DNA from: Candidatus Velthaea sp.
GTDB lineage: Bacteria; Vulcanimicrobiota; Vulcanimicrobiia; Vulcanimicrobiales; Vulcanimicrobiaceae
Reading direction: 5' to 3'
Assembly: GCA_965214935.1 (NCBI GenBank)
Contig: CBDCCS010000014.1
Span: 1-64,000 of the forward strand
Length of the DNA stretch: 64,000 nt
Part shown: positions 59,731-64,000 of the stretch, one piece after another
How the letters are laid out: each line of letters opens with the position of its first letter
Numbering within the stretch: the stretch's first letter is position 1
Position numbers and translations under genes: made by a program
Notes under the pieces: generated by a model
Database searches by the model: none
What the model was told of the DNA's origin: nothing
What the model saw: the letters and a program-made list of their open reading frames with translations, nothing else

Positions 59731-59799
59731 ATGCTCGAATCGATCGTTACGACGATTATTACCATCATTACGAACATTCTGTCCGGCGGCCCGTCTTAA
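59731..59799 (+). CDS. 22-aa small peptide MLESIVTTIITIITNILSGGPS
   Basis: Perfect SD TAAGGAGGT (59716-59724) 6 nt before the ATG; TAA stop; below the ORF-track size cutoff. Confidence 0.75.
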   Translation: MLESIVTTIITIITNILSGGPS

Positions 59800-59893
59800 A
59801 TGCTATCGGCTGGCGGACGGCGTTTCTTGAGCCGTTCAAATTCTCGGGCGAAAAAGTAAAGGTTTCTCGGCTCGCGTAGAAAGGCAGTTGCCA

Positions 59894-61456
59894 ATGGAGA
59901 TGGCAGCAAAGCCGGTTCCGTCAACAAAACGAGCGACCGTGTCGGCGGCGAAGCTCGCTTACTTCGAAGGCGATTTCGAGCGCTGTCTTCAAATCTGCAG
60001 CGAAATCCGCGTTCGCCCGGTCGCGACGGCCTCCGAAGTTGCGCTGTTGAGTGCGCGCGCGTATTTGCGCACCGGGCGTGCCGCCGAAGCGCAAGCGGCC
60101 ATCACCGAGACGCTCGCCACGCATGCATCGCTCGATGCTGCATTGACGGCGCAGATGCTGCTCGGCACGGCACGTATCCGTCAAGGCGATCCCGACGGCG
60201 GGATCGCGTTGCTGGAAGCGGCCGCCGCGCGGGCCGTCGATGCGCACTTTGCCGTCCGGTCCGAAATCGCATTTTCGACCGCGCTCGGATTCTGGGCGAA
60301 ACGCGACATCGACCGAGCTGAAAGCTTCTTAACCAGAGTCGACCGGCGCTCGGACATCATTCATGCGCGCGCATTGGAACTAACTGCCTGGTGTCAAATG
60401 GCGCGCGGACACTACCGGCGCTGCGCGGATTATTTCGTGCTGACCTTGTTACGACTTGATAGCTGTCGCGCTCACGATCGGGCGATCGTTGCAACCGCGA
60501 TCAGCACGCTCTCGATCTTAGCGGCCGAATTGTTCGACCGCGAGATTGCACGCGTCGCCCAGCATCGCGCACGGACGATGGAGTGGACGTCGGGGCTGGG
60601 CATGCAACACTACTTGACGCTGTTGCATCAAGCGCTGTTCTGCGAAATCGACGGTGACACGACACTGGCTTACGAGTATGCGATGCAAGCACGGGCGATT
60701 GCACCAACCGTCCCGTTCGAGGCATTCGCTTGGAGCGTTAGCGCCGGCATTGCGCGCAACTCCGGCGAACGTTATGTTTCGACGGCGTACGCACGGCGAG
60801 CAATGCAGATTCTTGCAACCCTCGAGCTGCGCGAGCTTTCCGGTGAAGAGCGTTTTTCGATCTTGGCCGTGGCGGAAAGCTGCGCGAATTTCGATGACGA
60901 ACATGCAAACCGGCTACTCGCTGCTTATTGGGGACTTGCGCCGGCGGATAAAATGGTGGCGCTAATCGGTGATCGGCGGCTTGCGGCTGAGGAATCGCTT
61001 GTTGCCGCAACGGTCGCGGAGGCGCATGGTGATCTCGCCGATGCTCGCTGCTGTTATCGTCGTGCCTTCGAGATTTTCAAGCAAGTCGGCTACGTGCGGC
61101 GCGCACTCATGGCAGCCGTAGCGCTCGTGAAACTCAATGTGCCCGAGAGCGAAGATTTGCGCGCGTATATCCGACTTGAATCAGGCTCGACGGCAAATTT
61201 CATCACCCGGTATCTGGCCGTTGCCGCGGTCGATCAGCCGCTCGGTGCAGCGGAGCACCCGATCGTTGCAACGTTACCGCCCGCCCAACGTGAGGTCGTG
61301 CGGCTTATCTGTCAGGGTAAAAGTAATCGTGAAATTGCGCTACTGCGGCGCGTCGGCGAGCAGACGATCAAAAATATGTTGACCAAACACGTTTTCCGGG
61401 CGTTCGGCGTTTCGAGTCGCGCCGCGCTCGTCAGCACGTGTTTGCGGCGCGCTTAG
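59894..61456 (+). CDS. TPR-like repeat protein with a C-terminal LuxR-type HTH
   Basis: Helical Ala-rich repeats throughout; C-terminal LPPAQREVVRLICQGKSNREIALLRRVGEQTIKN...FGVSSRAAL. Confidence 0.88.
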   Translation: MEMAAKPVPSTKRATVSAAKLAYFEGDFERCLQICSEIRVRPVATASEVALLSARAYLRTGRAAEAQAAITETLATHASLDAALTAQMLLGTARIRQGDPDGGIALLEAAAARAVDAHFAVRSEIAFSTALGFWAKRDIDRAESFLTRVDRRSDIIHARALELTAWCQMARGHYRRCADYFVLTLLRLDSCRAHDRAIVATAISTLSILAAELFDREIARVAQHRARTMEWTSGLGMQHYLTLLHQALFCEIDGDTTLAYEYAMQARAIAPTVPFEAFAWSVSAGIARNSGERYVSTAYARRAMQILATLELRELSGEERFSILAVAESCANFDDEHANRLLAAYWGLAPADKMVALIGDRRLAAEESLVAATVAEAHGDLADARCCYRRAFEIFKQVGYVRRALMAAVALVKLNVPESEDLRAYIRLESGSTANFITRYLAVAAVDQPLGAAEHPIVATLPPAQREVVRLICQGKSNREIALLRRVGEQTIKNMLTKHVFRAFGVSSRAALVSTCLRRA

Positions 61457-61568
61457 CCCCGGCCGGTACGAACCGCAGCTCCGCTCGGTTAAGTCCGCCC
61501 GGCGAAGAATTCACCTAAGCCTCATCTCGCGCGGCACTCGCCGCCGGCCGATCTACGTTTCCAGCGGT

Positions 61569-63068
61569 ATGGCGCCGATTGTCCTCGACACGTCGACCGA
61601 TCCGCAAGTGGGTTATCGTCCGTCCGGACCGCTCGATGTCGCGAGCGCGCTGCTTCCCTACACGGGGCATTTCGGACCGCGTCAAGCGGGGCATCTGCTG
61701 CGGCGTGCCGGATTCGGCGGCAGCGCACTCGACGTCACTGCGTCGATGCAACGCGGCTGTCCCGCAGCCGTGGATACGCTACTGCATCCGGCCGCCGATG
61801 AGGCGTTTAGCGACTATCCCGATGTCACGATCTTATACGGTGCGCCCGGCAAAGTGCGTATCGGTACGCAGCTGTGGTGGCTCGACCGGATGCTGCGTAC
61901 GCGTCATCCGCTAGCCGAAAAGATGACCGTATTCTGGCACGGCCATTTCGCCACGAGTATCAGCAAAGTGCCGGCACCGCTCATGGCTCGGCAAATCAAC
62001 TTGTTTCGCGCCCAAGGATTGGGAAATTTTCGCACGCTGCTGACGTCGATTTCCGTCGATCCGGCAATGTCGGTTTGGCTTGACAACCGGTCGAACTTCA
62101 AAGCCCATCCAAATGAGAATTACGCGCGTGAAGTGATGGAGCTCTTTGCGCTGGGCTTGGGCAATTACACCGAAACGGATGTTAAAGAAGGCGCACGCGC
62201 GTTGACCGGCTGGCCGTACAGCGGCAAAACGCTGAGCGTGACGTTCAACGCGAAGTTACATGACGACGGCGTAAAAACGTTTCTCGGCCAAAGCGGCAAT
62301 TTCGGTTTGAACGACGTGGTCGACATCATCGTCGCCCAACCGGTACACCAGCGTTTTATCGCCCGCAAGCTACTTGAGTTCTTCGTTTATTCCGACCCCG
62401 AACCCGAACTGACCGAAGCCCTCGCGCAAACGTACGCGCTAGCCGGTTTCGATATCGCCAAAACATTGGGCACCGTGTTGCGCTCGAACGTCTTTTATTC
62501 GACCCGCGCCTATCGTGCGATACCGAAAAGCCCGCTTGAATTCGTAATCGGCTTACTGCGTTACACCGGCGCGCCGGCCGTTCCGGCCAACGTGCCCGAT
62601 GCATTGCGCCGCATGGGTCAAGAACCGCTCGCACCGCCGAGCGTCAAAGGCTGGGACGGCGGTCCGGCCTGGATCAACACCACCACGTTGCTGGCGCGCT
62701 TCAATTTTGTGAATGCGCTGCTCGCGACGTCGCGCGCCGCCGTCCCCGCGAGTCCGGCGCCGGCACGTTTCGCCGGCGCAACCTCGCTGAGCGCAAGTGC
62801 ACCGAACGTACAGCCCGATGCAATCGTGGCGCGCGCCGGCGGCCTCGATGCCGAGCGCATCGTCGACGCCATCGTTGCCGATGCGCTGCAGGACGACGTC
62901 ACCGGCGACATTCGAACGACGCTACTTGGCTTTCTCAATTCCGACGGTGCGGTCGCGGCGGCGGGAAATCAAGCCAACGCCGTGCCGTTCGGCCCTGAAA
63001 ATTACCAAGAAAAGGTTCGCGGTGCGCTGGCACTCGCGCTCAATCTACCGGTCAACCAACTCAACTAA
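61569..63068 (+). CDS. DUF1800 family protein
   Basis: HLLRRAGFG, EKMTVFWHGHFAT, PNENYAREVMELFALG, PPSVKGW. Confidence 0.93.
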   Translation: MAPIVLDTSTDPQVGYRPSGPLDVASALLPYTGHFGPRQAGHLLRRAGFGGSALDVTASMQRGCPAAVDTLLHPAADEAFSDYPDVTILYGAPGKVRIGTQLWWLDRMLRTRHPLAEKMTVFWHGHFATSISKVPAPLMARQINLFRAQGLGNFRTLLTSISVDPAMSVWLDNRSNFKAHPNENYAREVMELFALGLGNYTETDVKEGARALTGWPYSGKTLSVTFNAKLHDDGVKTFLGQSGNFGLNDVVDIIVAQPVHQRFIARKLLEFFVYSDPEPELTEALAQTYALAGFDIAKTLGTVLRSNVFYSTRAYRAIPKSPLEFVIGLLRYTGAPAVPANVPDALRRMGQEPLAPPSVKGWDGGPAWINTTTLLARFNFVNALLATSRAAVPASPAPARFAGATSLSASAPNVQPDAIVARAGGLDAERIVDAIVADALQDDVTGDIRTTLLGFLNSDGAVAAAGNQANAVPFGPENYQEKVRGALALALNLPVNQLN

Positions 63069-63085
63069 AGCGGTCTGGAGTTCAC

Positions 63086-64000
63086 ATGAGCAGTCGCTCT
63101 ACGTTTTTGTCTCAATCGCTGAGCGTCGCGGTGCTCGGAGGAACGCTGCCGGCCGCATTTGCGCGCGCCGCAACGGCTCAGCCGTTGCCGGCTGCGGGAG
63201 CGGCGATCGATCCGCGCAACGTGCTCGTCGTCGTCCAAATGAGCGGCGGAAATGACGGCCTCAACACGATCGTCCCGTGGTCCGACGATGCGTATCATCG
63301 CGTGCGACCCGTGATTCGCATACCGGAGAGCGCGGTGCTCAAACTCGACGATCGGATCGGCCTCAATCCGGCGCTGCTTGCGCTCAAAGAAATGTATGCC
63401 GAAGGGCACGTGGCCGTCGTGCAAGGCGTCGGCTATCCGAGTCCCAATCGCTCGCATTTCGAGGCGACCCAAATTTGGGAAACGGCGTCGCCCGAACGTC
63501 CGCTCGCAACCGGCTGGCTGGGACGCACGCTCGATCGTGAATACCGCGCCGGCAGCAAGCCGCCGTCATTCTTCGAGGCGGTCGCCTTAGGTGACACGCT
63601 GCCGACTGCGCTCGTCGCACAACATATCGATGTCGCAGCGATCGGCGCGCTCAACAACTATGCATACTCGACGGTTAAAGATGTTAAAGCGAAAGCCGGC
63701 GTGCTATACGACGGTGCAAAACCCGGTCAATCACCGTATTTAGGGCTCATCGCCGATACGGCGCGCGAAGCATATCACGGCGGCGACTTGCTGCGCGCGA
63801 AGATAGCCGGCTATACGCCCGCGGTAACGTATCCGGCAGATGCTTTTGCAACGCAGCTCAAACTCGCTGCGCAGCTCATCGGCAGCGACGTCGGCACGCG
63901 GATGCTTTTCGTCTCGATCGGTTCGTTCGACACGCATGCCAATCAACGTGCACAACAGGACCGGCTGCTCAAATATCTCGCTGACGGTTTAGCCGCGTTC
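63086..64000 (+). CDS. DUF1501 family protein, runs off the window edge
   Basis: Manual translation from ATG 63086 (RBS GGAG): MSSRSTFL...LVVVQMSGGNDGLNTIVP...GVGYPSPNRSHF...GWLGR...SFDTHANQ. Confidence 0.92.
   Translation, partial: MSSRSTFLSQSLSVAVLGGTLPAAFARAATAQPLPAAGAAIDPRNVLVVVQMSGGNDGLNTIVPWSDDAYHRVRPVIRIPESAVLKLDDRIGLNPALLALKEMYAEGHVAVVQGVGYPSPNRSHFEATQIWETASPERPLATGWLGRTLDREYRAGSKPPSFFEAVALGDTLPTALVAQHIDVAAIGALNNYAYSTVKDVKAKAGVLYDGAKPGQSPYLGLIADTAREAYHGGDLLRAKIAGYTPAVTYPADAFATQLKLAAQLIGSDVGTRMLFVSIGSFDTHANQRAQQDRLLKYLADGLAAF

Noticed and set aside
59731..59799. Peptide as a double-glycine bacteriocin or RiPP precursor
   Set aside because: Cleavage after GG would leave only Pro-Ser, and no peptidase-ABC exporter or modifying enzymes are adjacent.
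1..64000. CRISPR array, tRNA, rRNA, IS or integrase
   Set aside because: No regularly spaced repeats, cloverleaf signatures or transposase/recombinase motifs recognised by eye.

Overview
GC-rich bacterial chromosome window. TonB-dependent outer-membrane receptors together with pdxS/pdxT, bioY and tmk-holB suggest a diderm Terrabacteria-type organism, possibly Ca. Eremiobacterota (inference only). From the left: a Nit1C (MSMEG_0572-0565 / sll0783-0787 type) nitrilase-radical SAM cluster with a divergent XRE-HTH + CZB-like regulator; a deleted and frameshifted AraC/MDR-dehydrogenase pair; a secreted BNR-repeat protein; lpdA-lipB-lipA-MFS; gdhA; ychF; DUF151; mtnP; an AT-richer insert (XRE-NB-ARC-TPR plus an orphan gene); holB-tmk-R3H ATPase; amt; an amino-acid decarboxylase; bioY; HNH; a purine/nucleoside uptake locus with two paralogous TonB-dependent receptors, a secreted adenosine deaminase, a BMP lipoprotein, a 2OG-Fe(II) oxygenase and an NCS2 permease; P450; AKR; DUF3311-SSS; pdxS/T; a GalT-like/glycoside hydrolase operon; ispE; ubiX; a degenerate AdnAB/AddAB-like pair; and DUF1800-DUF1501. 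The most novel-looking elements are (i) a 22-aa amphipathic peptide gene missing from the ORF track, with a perfect RBS, directly upstream of a TPR-like LuxR regulator (candidate peptide-signalling module), (ii) the XRE-CZB regulator of the Nit1C cluster, and (iii) the TonB-based purine utilisation locus, which has a structured leader and a probable CTG start codon. No rRNA, tRNA, CRISPR array or IS element was recognised. All family calls come from motif recognition by eye, not from database searches.
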